From Syntrophales bacterium (GTDB lineage Bacteria; Desulfobacterota; Syntrophia; Syntrophales; UBA2210): a stretch of 64,000 nt of DNA. A program made the position numbers and the translations under genes. Positions 39,148 to 49,599 of the stretch are shown piece by piece. The notes beneath the pieces are model-generated. The model was not told the origin of the DNA, ran no database searches, and saw only the letters and a program-made list of their open reading frames with translations. The DNA lies in assembly GCA_963662405.2 (NCBI GenBank), contig CAXXKT010000001.1:2464001-2528000 (forward strand), given 5' to 3'. Position 1 is the stretch's first letter; every line of letters begins with the position of its first letter.

Positions 39148-40347
39148 ATGGACGATCAGAAGACGGAGGACAGCGAACAGCAGGAAGGACTGAATCCCCA
39201 CTCCTACGTCATGCCGGTCGTCTTCCTGACCGGTGTCTTCTGTATCAATTTTATCTCTCGTATCATTCTATCCCCGCTTGTCCCTGCCGTTGAGGCGGAC
39301 CTGGGGGTCGGTCACGGGGCCGTCGGGTCGTTCTTTCTTTTGATTACCGCCGGATACTTTGTTTCTCTCGTGGGCTCCGGTTTTATCTCGTCGTGGATTT
39401 CCCACCGCTTGACCATCGTCCTTTCCTCCGTATCGCTTGGTTGTGTCCTGGGCCTCGTCTCTCTCGCGGGCTCGGCGGATGTCATCGCCCTGGGGATGTT
39501 CTGTATCGGTCTGGCAACCGGCTTCTATCTCCCCTCGGGGATAGCGGCCATTACCGACCTCGTGCATCCCGGACGGTGGGGGAGGGTACTTGCCATTCAT
39601 GAACTCGCTCCGAATATGGCCTTTCTGATGGCCCCTCTTATTGCCGAGGCGCTGCTCCTTTTTTTCTCGTGGCGGGGGGTCATTGCCGCCATAGGGATCG
39701 GTGCCCTCCTCATGGGGGTGTTCTTTTCGCGTGTCTGCCGTGCGGGTGATTTCCATGGTCAAAAGCCGGAAATGCGCTCCTCTCTCGCTCTCTTTCGGAA
39801 TCCACCATTCTTGATCATTACCCTCCTCTTTTCGTTGGGAATCGGGAGCACGATCGGTGTCTACTCCATGCTCCCTCTCTATCTCGTTGTTGACCACGGG
39901 ATCGAACGGGTGGAGGCGAATACCTTGATTGCCCTCTCTCGTCTCCTGACGCTCGGGACCGTCTTCCTGGGGGGATGGGCTGCGGACCATTTCGGCAAGG
40001 TCAGGACGATCAGGACTGTCTTCTTCATTACCGGAATCCTAACGATCCTTCTCGGATTCGTTCCCGCCCCTTGGATACGGGGTGTTGTGCTCTTTCAGCC
40101 CCTCTGCTCGGTCTGCTTTTTCCCGGCGGGGTTTGCGGTTCTCTCCGCCATTGTCCCCCCCGCGAGTAGAAACATAGCCGTTTCTCTGTCGATCCCCATG
40201 GCCTTCCTGGTGGGGGCGGGGTTGTTCCCGGCCGGGATCGGTATTGCGGGTGACGCGGGGATTTTCGGGACCGGGTTTATAGTGGTGGGAGGGTTGATCT
40301 TCACGGGGAGTTTCATCCCCGGGTTTGTGCGATTGAAGGACGAGTAA
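39148..40347 (+). CDS. MFS transporter
   Basis: About 12 TM segments; GWAADHFG. Confidence 0.85.
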   Translation: MDDQKTEDSEQQEGLNPHSYVMPVVFLTGVFCINFISRIILSPLVPAVEADLGVGHGAVGSFFLLITAGYFVSLVGSGFISSWISHRLTIVLSSVSLGCVLGLVSLAGSADVIALGMFCIGLATGFYLPSGIAAITDLVHPGRWGRVLAIHELAPNMAFLMAPLIAEALLLFFSWRGVIAAIGIGALLMGVFFSRVCRAGDFHGQKPEMRSSLALFRNPPFLIITLLFSLGIGSTIGVYSMLPLYLVVDHGIERVEANTLIALSRLLTLGTVFLGGWAADHFGKVRTIRTVFFITGILTILLGFVPAPWIRGVVLFQPLCSVCFFPAGFAVLSAIVPPASRNIAVSLSIPMAFLVGAGLFPAGIGIAGDAGIFGTGFIVVGGLIFTGSFIPGFVRLKDE

Positions 40348-40547
40348 TCGGAAGATACTGTGCGGTGACGTTCCCCATCGGTTGCGAATCCGGGGGGGGA
40401 TGGAGGGAGTCGTAGGCGCATAGAAACCGGACGATCATCGGGTAGTCCGGCGACATAATCACAGAAAGCGTTTTAAAGAATCGAACTCGAAGGGCTTTCC
40501 TGCGAGGGGAAAAACATGATGGACATGATACGGGGGAAGGGCACGAA

Positions 40548-41816
40548 GTGAGAGACTCAAGGATATATTACGGATGGTTTGTCGTGGGCGGTCTTGTGGG
40601 GGTTGCCTTTTTCGGTCCCATGGGGCGCTATATCCTCACCTCCCTCTTCCCGTTCATCATGGAAGATCCCGGTTGGTCACGGCAGACGATCGGGCTTGCC
40701 TTTACGATCCATTTCTGGGCCTACGCCTTCTTCGCCGTCCTTGCGGGGCGAATGGTTGACCGAATCGGGGGGAGAAAGACCATCGCGGCAGGAGGCGTCC
40801 TGATGTTGGTTGGACTGATCTGCTTGTCATTGATGCGTCAGATATGGCAGTTCTACCTTATATTCGGTGTTCTGCTGGCGGCCGCGGTTTCCATGACCCA
40901 TTTCGTTCCGAATACCGCCATTGTCAGGAAGTGGTTTGTCAAAAAAGCCGGGATGACGACGGGGATGGTCGGGGTCGGAACGGTTCTCGGTCTCGCCGCT
41001 CTGCCTCCCGTGATAAGCCGGATCAGTGCGACGATGGGGTGGCGGTCTGCGTGTCTTATCTGTGCCCTGGTCATCGGTACCATGATCATTTTGATCGCCG
41101 TCCTGATCATAAAAAATACGCCCGAATCCATCGGTCTGAAGCCGTATGGCGAAGGCGACCCCGTTTTCACCCCTTCAAGAGGCACTGGTCCCGCTATCCC
41201 CGGCCGGTGGGTTGAATTATCCCTGCGTCAGTCGCTCCACACAAAGGCATTCTGGTATTTTTTTATCGTCTATTCGCTGACCGGGATCCCGTTGCAGGGG
41301 ATGTTGAGTCACGTGATCATATGGGGTGTCGAGGTCGGGGTCCCCTCCGAGCATTCGGGATTGATCATGGCGGTACTGGCGCTCCCTTCAATCCCCCTCC
41401 GGATTATGGCGGGATGGCTGGGGGATCGCTTCGGCAAGAAACAGGTCCTCGTCTATTTCAATCTGTGTGCGGGGTTGCTCTGGTTGTGGGGCTGGTTCTT
41501 TATCAAGGACGGCACAAGTTTTTTTATATTCTGTTTTCTCTTGGGGTTTGTCTATTCAGCTCCCCTCTCGCTCTATACGCCTTTCCTGGGGGATATCTTC
41601 GGCCGATTCTCGGTCGGGACACTGATGGGGGTCCTTACCCTCGGTCATGGGATCATCGGGGGCGCCGGTCCCTTTTTGTGGGGATGGATTGCCGATGTGA
41701 CCGGTTCCTATGCCGTCAATTGTGTCATCTGTGCAGGGTGTTATCTGCTGATCGTCGTATTTCTCTCCATGATTGATCCGTTGGCATCCGAAAAGGTCCG
41801 GGAACACACGGCCTGA
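40548..41816 (+). CDS. MFS transporter (MCT/OFA-like)
   Basis: YYGWFVV, GRMVDRIGGR, GWLGDRFG. Confidence 0.88.
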   Translation: MRDSRIYYGWFVVGGLVGVAFFGPMGRYILTSLFPFIMEDPGWSRQTIGLAFTIHFWAYAFFAVLAGRMVDRIGGRKTIAAGGVLMLVGLICLSLMRQIWQFYLIFGVLLAAAVSMTHFVPNTAIVRKWFVKKAGMTTGMVGVGTVLGLAALPPVISRISATMGWRSACLICALVIGTMIILIAVLIIKNTPESIGLKPYGEGDPVFTPSRGTGPAIPGRWVELSLRQSLHTKAFWYFFIVYSLTGIPLQGMLSHVIIWGVEVGVPSEHSGLIMAVLALPSIPLRIMAGWLGDRFGKKQVLVYFNLCAGLLWLWGWFFIKDGTSFFIFCFLLGFVYSAPLSLYTPFLGDIFGRFSVGTLMGVLTLGHGIIGGAGPFLWGWIADVTGSYAVNCVICAGCYLLIVVFLSMIDPLASEKVREHTA

Positions 41817-41861
41817 TCGATGACTCTCGGGGACAACGGCACGAGATAGCACTTCGATTTT

Positions 41862-42719
41862 TCAGCTCGTCAGATAGCGGCACAGTTCATCGTAGACGCG
41901 GGCGGTATCGAAGTAGCCTTGGTCATAGGTTGCGTAAAGCCTGCCTGTATCCCGTTCGATCCGTCCTGCGGGTAGTGCCGACCGGGGACGGATGATGAAT
42001 GCCGCGCCGCTCTGTTCCATCTCATCGATGAGCCCCATTGTTTCGTTGTAGCCGTCCTGCCTGCGGGAGAGGGCGTCGGACAGGCCGGGGAGACGGGGAT
42101 AGACAATGCGCGCGAGGCTCCCGACGGGGGAGGGTTTTTTTCGATACCCCTTCGGTCTGGTCAGGACGAGGACATGCCGGGCATTCCCATCGTTAATACT
42201 TCTCCTGATCGGAACGGAATCGGAAATCCCGCCGTCCATCAGGATCAGTCCGTTAAAAGAGACCGGCCTGGATATGAAGGGAAGGCAGGTTGAGGCCTGG
42301 AGAATCGAGAAGTACTGGTCCCCCAGATGGTTCTTCTCGAAGTAGAGCGGCTGCCCGGTCATGCAGTTTGTGACCACGGTGACGCAAGTGACGGTGCTTT
42401 TCCTGAAGGTTTCATGGTCGAACGGGACGAGGGAATTGGGGATCGTGTCGAAGATGAAATCCATCCCGAACAGTTCTCCTCCCGTCAGGAGGCGTCGATA
42501 GCTGAGATAGCGTGAATCGTTGACGTACCGGGTATTGACGATGCGATTCCGCTCAGGTTGGCGGGAGACATAATTGGCGGCGTTACAGGCCCCCATGGAG
42601 ACGCCGATTATATAGGGGAAGAAGAGATTTTTGTCCATAAAGAAACGGAGGACCCCCGAGGTATAAATTCCCCGCAGCCCTCCCCCTTCGAGAATAAGGG
42701 CGCTGTGTTTCAAGTCCAT
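41862..42719 (-). CDS. Patatin-like phospholipase family protein
   Basis: EGGGLRG, GVSMGA, DGG. Confidence 0.9.
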   Translation of the reverse strand: MDLKHSALILEGGGLRGIYTSGVLRFFMDKNLFFPYIIGVSMGACNAANYVSRQPERNRIVNTRYVNDSRYLSYRRLLTGGELFGMDFIFDTIPNSLVPFDHETFRKSTVTCVTVVTNCMTGQPLYFEKNHLGDQYFSILQASTCLPFISRPVSFNGLILMDGGISDSVPIRRSINDGNARHVLVLTRPKGYRKKPSPVGSLARIVYPRLPGLSDALSRRQDGYNETMGLIDEMEQSGAAFIIRPRSALPAGRIERDTGRLYATYDQGYFDTARVYDELCRYLTS

Positions 42720-42810
42720 AGAATCAAATTACCTGTCGAGCGTGGCTGTCTGTTATCATCGTAGTGTCCATGATACGATTTTTTCGGTAATGGTTCAAGG
42801 GGGGGGCGGC

Positions 42811-43986
42811 CTAGTTGAGGAGGTGTTCTTCGAAGACCTTGACTTGGTTGCGATCGTCCTTTGCTTTATAAAGGGCGATATCGGCTTCCTTTGCTAACTG
42901 ATCGAAAGACTTCTCGCCGTGGAAGGTGCTCGAGACCCCGAGACTGATCGTGATATAAATCGGTTTTTCTTCGAAGAGTACCGCCGAACGTTCGATCTCC
43001 AGGCGGAGCCGTTCTGCGATCTCGAGGGCATAGGCCCTCTCCGTCTCCGGGAGCAAGACCATAAATTCTTCGCCCCCTGTTCGTCCCAGGATATCCCCGG
43101 ATCTCAGGCTGCGTGTGATGACGGATGAAAAATGCTGAAGGGCCCTGTCTCCGGCCGCGTGTCCGTAGGTGTCATTGACGTCTTTAAAGTGATCGAGGTC
43201 TATGGCGATCAGGGACAGCTCCGAACCGTTCCGATTCGCGGCGGCCCGGGCCTTTTCGATAAGCTTGATGAATGAACGCCGGTTGAAGGCATCCGTCAGG
43301 GAATCGACCTCCGCCTGTTGCTTGACTTGAAACATGAGATGATCCAGAATCAAAAGGACATAGGCTAGGGTAAAGGCGAAAACGGCGATGAACGATTCGC
43401 AGAATGTCGCCTTTGCCATCATGCCCCCCTCCACGAACGCTCGCATGTCGGGGATGGTCAGTACCACGGTCGAGCGAATGAGATTAAAGATGCCGTGCAG
43501 GGTCATCAGGATGGCGAACCCGGACGTCAGTATGCGATTGGACCGGGTAATGCCGGCAATCTCGAAGGCGATGAAAAAGCACAGGCATGCGATGAACGCA
43601 GTGACGAGGGAAGAACGCAACGCCTCGTTTTTCTCAAAGTATGTCAGATAGATCATGATCCCCGTAACGAGGATGACAAAGGCGGGAAAGAGGGCACATG
43701 CCTGATGTGCCTCCGCTTTTCCCCTGTGTGCCCGAAATCCGATGTACAGGGAGTAGAACCCCGCCGTGATGGAGATATTAAAGGCAACGGTGAGGAGGGG
43801 GTGGGGGGTCGTCGTCTCTCCGGCGAGGAAGAGAAAGCTCATGATAAACAGCAGATTACCCAGAGCCCAATAGTGAACCCCCGGGACACCGGGGTTCCAC
43901 CTGAGGATTACAAGAGATATGACCAGAACCGCGACCAGCAGAATGAAATTGGCCGCTATCAGTGTTGGGACGTACAGTATCTCCAC
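42811..43986 (-). CDS. Membrane-bound diguanylate cyclase
   Basis: About 7 TM segments, D.LT..FNRR, DLDHFK.VND.YGH, RxxD, GGEEF. Confidence 0.92.
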   Translation of the reverse strand: MEILYVPTLIAANFILLVAVLVISLVILRWNPGVPGVHYWALGNLLFIMSFLFLAGETTTPHPLLTVAFNISITAGFYSLYIGFRAHRGKAEAHQACALFPAFVILVTGIMIYLTYFEKNEALRSSLVTAFIACLCFFIAFEIAGITRSNRILTSGFAILMTLHGIFNLIRSTVVLTIPDMRAFVEGGMMAKATFCESFIAVFAFTLAYVLLILDHLMFQVKQQAEVDSLTDAFNRRSFIKLIEKARAAANRNGSELSLIAIDLDHFKDVNDTYGHAAGDRALQHFSSVITRSLRSGDILGRTGGEEFMVLLPETERAYALEIAERLRLEIERSAVLFEEKPIYITISLGVSSTFHGEKSFDQLAKEADIALYKAKDDRNQVKVFEEHLLN

Positions 43987-44251
43987 AACAAAAGATCTTC
44001 CTTTCTATCCGTGTGTCTCGTTCGATCAGGAAAAGCGAAGGCTCGAGGGGTACAAAACAGCCCACTCATACACCATATCGGCATCAATTGCCATTCTCAT
44101 CTTACCGCCTGAATGGTACAATTCTCCCCAGGGGAAGGGCGATCAAGGGGGACCCTCGGTCTGTTGGCGGGATGCCGTTGCCGTGGATGACGCGAACCAA
44201 AGGACTACTTTTCCGATTCCCCCTGGGGCTTTCAGTGATGGAGAGATTCTT

Positions 44252-45469
44252 TTATAGAGTAGGGTTTGTCTGTCCCGACCAACCGGTGGTGAGTTTGCCG
44301 TCATCGCCTTCCTCAAAGAAGGCCACCCTGTTGCGTCCCGCTCTTTTTGCCTTGTAGAGGGCGATGTCGGACTCCTTCGCCAAGAGGTCAAAACTCTTCT
44401 CTCCGTGTGGGGCGTTGGCGACCCCCAGGCTAATGGTCAGCGCAACTCGGATTGCTTCAAATTGTACGACCGATTGCTCCACATTCATACGGAGACGCTC
44501 GGCAACGCCGGAGGCCTCTGACATCTCTGTGTCAGGGAGGAGAACCATAAACTCTTCACCGCCCATGCGCCCCAATATGTCCCCGGGTCTCAGGCTTTCG
44601 GTTACCGTGGCGGAAAAATGTCGGAGGACCGCATCTCCGGCCGCGTGACCGTAGGTGTCGTTGACTTTTTTGAAGCGATCGAGGTCTATCGAGACGAGGG
44701 AAAGGGTTGTTTGATCACGTCGCGCGGTGGCGAGGGCCTTTTCGACCAGCTTGATGAAGGAACGGCTGTTGAAGACATTCGTCAGAAAGTCGATCTCGGC
44801 CTGCTGCCGAAGCTGCCCCAGCAGATGGTCCGATATGAGAAGGATATACCCCACGGTGAAGATGAAGATCGCGACGGAGGATTCGATGAAGGCCAGCGCT
44901 GCCATTCCGCCCCCTTCAAAAAAGGCCTTTGACGGGGGAATGACCAGGGTCGCAACGGAGCGGGTAAGGTTCCATACACCGTTGAACATAATCAGGACGG
45001 CAAACCCTTGGGTCAGGAACCGGTCTCGACTGGGAATCCCGGCGACCTCGATTGCGATAACAAAGCAGAGAAACGCCGTGACCCATGAGACAAGAGCAAC
45101 GCGGAGCGCCAGGTCCCGCCACCCGTATGTCAGATAGGCAAACGCTGCCGCAAAGAGGAACACAAGCAGCAGGAGTGGAATGATGGTTGCCATGTCTGCG
45201 GCCTTTTTCCCCCGATGGGCCCGAAATCCGAGGTACAGGATATAGAAGCCGATTACGATAAGGGTATTTGCCAGGACGATGCTGTAGAGAGAGGGGATCG
45301 TGGTCCTTGAAAATATGAGGAGGAGACCGGAGGCGTTGACCAGGTTTCCCACGACCCAGTAGCGGACCCCCGTAACCTCCGGGTTCCACTTCAGGACCAC
45401 AATATTGATCATCACGGCCACAAAAATCAGGATGATGTTCATTGCTATCAGTGTCGGAACATCCAACAT
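44252..45469 (-). CDS. Membrane-bound diguanylate cyclase (tandem paralogue)
   Basis: Same architecture as its neighbour; RPGD, GGEEF. Confidence 0.92.
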   Translation of the reverse strand: MLDVPTLIAMNIILIFVAVMINIVVLKWNPEVTGVRYWVVGNLVNASGLLLIFSRTTIPSLYSIVLANTLIVIGFYILYLGFRAHRGKKAADMATIIPLLLLVFLFAAAFAYLTYGWRDLALRVALVSWVTAFLCFVIAIEVAGIPSRDRFLTQGFAVLIMFNGVWNLTRSVATLVIPPSKAFFEGGGMAALAFIESSVAIFIFTVGYILLISDHLLGQLRQQAEIDFLTNVFNSRSFIKLVEKALATARRDQTTLSLVSIDLDRFKKVNDTYGHAAGDAVLRHFSATVTESLRPGDILGRMGGEEFMVLLPDTEMSEASGVAERLRMNVEQSVVQFEAIRVALTISLGVANAPHGEKSFDLLAKESDIALYKAKRAGRNRVAFFEEGDDGKLTTGWSGQTNPTL

Positions 45470-45757
45470 CTTCACGGCCCTCACTTGCCGGACGGTGTTA
45501 CCGCCCCACATGAGTGGAAGCAGATGCGCTCCTGAAAAGCAATGCACGCATCGAAACGGTGTGACAAATCTATTTCCCCTTACTATACCATATCTTGGCA
45601 TCAATCTCCATTCCCATCCTCATGCCGGCAACAGAACGCCGTGAAGAAGGGATCAATAAGGAGTGAAAGCTGGAAAGGGAGCTGAAATCAGCGACGAAGG
45701 AGGCGAAATCCACGGCGGGGATATGTTATGGATGTCCCGCGGTTGTTCGTGAGGGCG

Positions 45758-46690
45758 TCAGGGTCCGGTCGGGAGGGAGCCCCGGCGATTAAACCGATAG
45801 CAGCTGCCGTCCTGTTCCTTGGCGAAGCCCTTCACTTCCGATGCAATCTGCGAGATTTCTCCATAGTGGGAAAACCGATTACCTTCAGAAACAGCCACCC
45901 CGATGGATATGCTCAACAGGGGGAACTGTCTTTCCGCTCCGGCCCGGTCGTGACTCAGGATGTAGCCGAGGTCTCGATCCCGGGGGTCATAAAAGGTGGG
46001 AATAATGCGGTCGAATGCCGTGATTACCTCACGGCAGGTTTCTTCGATCAGGGCGGGTTCCGTCATAAAAACAAAATCGTCCCCGCCGATATGTCCCACG
46101 AAGCTGTTTCGAGACTGCCTGCCTTTGGTTATGTTCAAAAGCAGCCGTCCCGTGATTCTCAAGACCTCATCGCCCCGGCTGAAACCGTAGGTGTCATTGT
46201 AGGGCTTGAAGTTATCCAGGTCCGCATAGGCAAGGGCGAACGGTTCATTCCGGTCAATACAGCTCTGAATCTGGCGGTTGATGGAGATATTGCCCGGGAG
46301 ACGGGTCAGGGGATTGACCTCGACTGCTCGCTGTGCACGGAGGAGGCAGAGCCTGACCCTCATGACGATTTCCCGCTCCACGTCGTTTTTCCAGAGATAA
46401 TCGTCCACCGGAAAGGCGTCCCAGCCGGAAAAAGCGTCCGGCTTATCGAACAGGGCGATGATGGGCAGGCCGGAAAAGAGGGGATCATCCTTGAGGATGT
46501 TCAAGAATGTTGCCGTTTCCGGATCGGCTCCTGCATCGACGATGAGCAGGAGGGGCATCTCGTTACAGATGGTGTCGTATGCCGACGAAAAACGACTCAA
46601 TGCCACCGGGTCTCCCTCCGCGGAGAGTTTTTCGGCGAGTATGGACGTCATCGCGGCATCGGGAGACAGGATAAGGATGGTTCGAGACAT
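45758..46690 (-). CDS. Degenerate receiver + GGDEF (GGDDF) domain protein
   Basis: NPLTRLPGN, DLDNFKPYND.YGF..GD, GHIGGDDF. Confidence 0.88.
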   Translation of the reverse strand: MSRTILILSPDAAMTSILAEKLSAEGDPVALSRFSSAYDTICNEMPLLLIVDAGADPETATFLNILKDDPLFSGLPIIALFDKPDAFSGWDAFPVDDYLWKNDVEREIVMRVRLCLLRAQRAVEVNPLTRLPGNISINRQIQSCIDRNEPFALAYADLDNFKPYNDTYGFSRGDEVLRITGRLLLNITKGRQSRNSFVGHIGGDDFVFMTEPALIEETCREVITAFDRIIPTFYDPRDRDLGYILSHDRAGAERQFPLLSISIGVAVSEGNRFSHYGEISQIASEVKGFAKEQDGSCYRFNRRGSLPTGP

Positions 46691-47527
46691 TTATGAGACC
46701 TCGGTTTCCGAAGATGCGGCCTCTTCCAGTTCCGCCAGGATACCTTTCACGTCGCCGTCGGATAGCTGCAGCAGGCTCCAGGCGTTGGGATCGAGATCAG
46801 GCACGCGGGCATCACAATCGCTGCCGATTCCCCGCGCACGGACCAGCACATCGGAGACGTGAACGATGGCCGTTTCCAGAACCGCCTGCTTCGATAACTG
46901 GGGACGGTGATGGTATTCAAGTGCTTCCACGAGGTTTATGGGGAATCGCCACTTCCGTGCCAGCCAGGAACCGACATCGGCGTGCGTGGCTTCGAAGAAT
47001 ATCCTTTCGGCCTCGTGAAGCGGGATGCCCTCCGCGTGGGCATGTTCCCGGGCCTTTTCATATTCCGTGGGAAATTGAAGGATGAGGATCACCTTGCCGA
47101 TATCGTGAAGCAATCCGCAGACGGATACCTCTTCCGGTTCTTTGATCTCTCTCTTCTGGGCGATCAATCGAGACACGACGGCGCACCCCATGGAATGTTC
47201 CCAGAGACCGGAGATGGTGTTCTGCATCAGTTCGAAGACCGATACACCGAGAAGGAGACCCCTCACGACATTGAGACCCAGGAGCATGATGGCGTGTGAT
47301 ATGGAGGATATCCTGTTGGGAAAGCCATAGGCGGCGGAATTGACCATCTTGAGAATCTTGCTGGTCAAGGCCGGATCATTGGATATAAACCGTCCCAGCT
47401 CGTCGATCGACAGCCGGGGGTTTTCCAGCATGGACGAGATTTGTTTCAAGGTCGAGGGAACGGTCGGGAGCGCGCTGATGGATTCGACCTTGTGCCGCAT
47501 GATGGTGGCGCTGATGGGTTCACTCAT
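46691..47527 (-). CDS. HDOD domain protein
   Basis: LPT.P, DPALT.KILK.VNSA, LWEHS, GLLHDIGK, HH.P. Confidence 0.92.
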   Translation of the reverse strand: MSEPISATIMRHKVESISALPTVPSTLKQISSMLENPRLSIDELGRFISNDPALTSKILKMVNSAAYGFPNRISSISHAIMLLGLNVVRGLLLGVSVFELMQNTISGLWEHSMGCAVVSRLIAQKREIKEPEEVSVCGLLHDIGKVILILQFPTEYEKAREHAHAEGIPLHEAERIFFEATHADVGSWLARKWRFPINLVEALEYHHRPQLSKQAVLETAIVHVSDVLVRARGIGSDCDARVPDLDPNAWSLLQLSDGDVKGILAELEEAASSETEVS

Positions 47528-47813
47528 AAAGATCCACGATATGTTGTCTGACGATTTGTTTTATGTGCGCCATGATCTCATTGTCTCCGCTGTTCCCGAA
47601 CCGGCTGTTCAGTGACGCCATGGCTTCGTCAAGGGAGATTGGTTGCTCCGCCGGGCCGTGGATAGAGACGAAACCGATTTCCATGGACTGTAGGCGCGTT
47701 ATAACGCTTTCGGTGAGGAGTGAGCCTTCACCAAGGAAGACTGTTGAACCCCTGAGGATAGGTTTCGCCAGTTTCATCCCCGGTTCGAGCCTGTCTGGAG
47801 TGAGCTTACGCAT
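47520..47813 (-). CDS. Hypothetical protein resembling the N-terminal module of HD-GYP proteins
   Basis: L.PGM.LAKPI...G..LT...I..L motif; overlaps the HDOD start. Confidence 0.7.
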   Translation of the reverse strand: MRKLTPDRLEPGMKLAKPILRGSTVFLGEGSLLTESVITRLQSMEIGFVSIHGPAEQPISLDEAMASLNSRFGNSGDNEIMAHIKQIVRQHIVDLYE

Positions 47814-48262
47814 GATCTTACAACCGATCCGTGATGAAGCCCCCGATCGTGACTTTACCCGCGGTCGCCACGAAAGAGAACTGCGATTTTGAAACATAGC
47901 GGTCGTGTAAGCCGATACCCCCGAACAGAGCGTTCACCCTGAAGGTTGACAGGAAGGTGCTTCCACGGCTTAGGGAGGATAGGCAAAACACTGCTGTATG
48001 TCAACGAAAAAATCGTCTTGGCGTTTTCCCTGATCGAAGCAGTCTGGCTGGTGATTTCCGTATATCCGGGGACCGATTGTTTGCTTCCCTTCCTGGGCTT
48101 GCCAGGAAGCGGGCAATTCCATCACCGGGCGGACGGTCATGGTAGAGGGGGGATGGACCAGCATGTGACGGCTGAGGATCCGATTGCGGGACCCCTCATT
48201 TCTGTGGTAACCTTCCATGAGTGTTTGTGTATGGGGGGTCATTGATCGGCAAGGAGGGACCC

Positions 48263-49216
48263 ATGAGAAAAATATTGGTAGACTTCACCTTGGGGAAGGA
48301 GCACCTTGCACAATTGCGAAATAGTTGTGATGAGTGTGAGGTGGTTCTTTGTGCCGACAGGGGGATTTTCTCCGAACAGCTCAAGGACGCGGAAATCCTC
48401 ATTACCTATCTCCATCCCATTCCGACGGAGATGATAGAAGGTGCCTCACGGCTCAGATGGATACAGGCCCTGACGGCAGGGGTCGACATGCTCCCTCTCG
48501 ATATTATCCATCGGCGGGGTATCATCATTACCAGCGGAAGAGGGATCCACCGGATATACATGGCGGAGTATGCCATCGCGGCGATGATCATCCTCGCGCG
48601 GAACCTCCATCATATCTTCAGGAATCAGATAGAGAGGAAATGGGATCGCTCGGCGCCTCAGGGAGAGATCTACGGGAACACTCTCGGGATCCTCGGTCTG
48701 GGGAGTATCGGCCGGGAGATCGCGAAAAAGGTATCCTGTCTCGGGATGCGGGTGATCGGTGTCAAGCGCACCCCGGGGCCGGTGGAGTCAGTCGAAGAAG
48801 TCCACGGATTTGGCGGAATGAATGAGGTCTTCAGCAGAAGCGACTATGTGATCAACCTCCTCCCCGATACGGCAGAGACGCGGGGGGTGATCGACAGGAG
48901 TTGCTTTGACCTCATGAAGGATACGGCCTGCTTCATCAATATGGGCCGTGGTGCGACGGTAAACGAAAAGGACCTGGTCGATGCCCTCCGGACGAGAAAG
49001 ATTCGCGGGGCGGCCTGTGATGTCTTTGCCACCGAACCACTCCCGGACGATAGCCCCCTGTGGGGTCTTGACAACGTCATCCTGACCCCTCATGTCTGTG
49101 GGGTGTCCCTCACCTACATGGAACGGGCAATACCTATTGTCCTCCGGAATCTGGGCGCATATCTGACCGGTTCCGGGAAGATGGAGAACGTGGTGGATTT
49201 CGCGACGGGGTATTGA
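48263..49216 (+). CDS. D-2-hydroxyacid dehydrogenase
   Basis: GLGSIG, LP.T.ET, INMGRG, DVF..EPLP, LTPH. Confidence 0.92.
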   Translation: MRKILVDFTLGKEHLAQLRNSCDECEVVLCADRGIFSEQLKDAEILITYLHPIPTEMIEGASRLRWIQALTAGVDMLPLDIIHRRGIIITSGRGIHRIYMAEYAIAAMIILARNLHHIFRNQIERKWDRSAPQGEIYGNTLGILGLGSIGREIAKKVSCLGMRVIGVKRTPGPVESVEEVHGFGGMNEVFSRSDYVINLLPDTAETRGVIDRSCFDLMKDTACFINMGRGATVNEKDLVDALRTRKIRGAACDVFATEPLPDDSPLWGLDNVILTPHVCGVSLTYMERAIPIVLRNLGAYLTGSGKMENVVDFATGY

Positions 49217-49435
49217 TCCATCACCGATTCGTTATCCTCCTGACGGGTGCCTCCAGCCGGGAGGTTGTTCTTACACCGCATCCTTCCATATTCTTCTATC
49301 CAGGCAGTTCAAAATACCTGTGCCATTATTGCCTTTCATGTCCCGAATATCAGATCCTCAAACCGTTTCTCCCCTTTTTGCCTTCTGATCATCTCCCGCG
49401 ATCATGTGCCTCCAACAATGTGTGTGGTGCCCTCC

Positions 49436-49462
49436 TAAAGAAACGCTCAGGACTACCGATAT
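49436..49462 (+). promoter_or_regulatory. Sigma28 (FliA)-like promoter
   Basis: TAAA-N15-ACCGATAT vs consensus TAAA-N15-GCCGATAA. Confidence 0.5.
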
Positions 49463-49599
49463 CCCGGTAAAGCACACCATCTTCTCCGCGAGGGCCGGAG
49501 ACGGAACTTCATCGCTGCGTGATATGCTCAGAAACGTCCCTTTGCCTGACGAGATGGAGGGCTTCTCGTGTATCGGCGATCAAAAGAGCGGATAAACAT

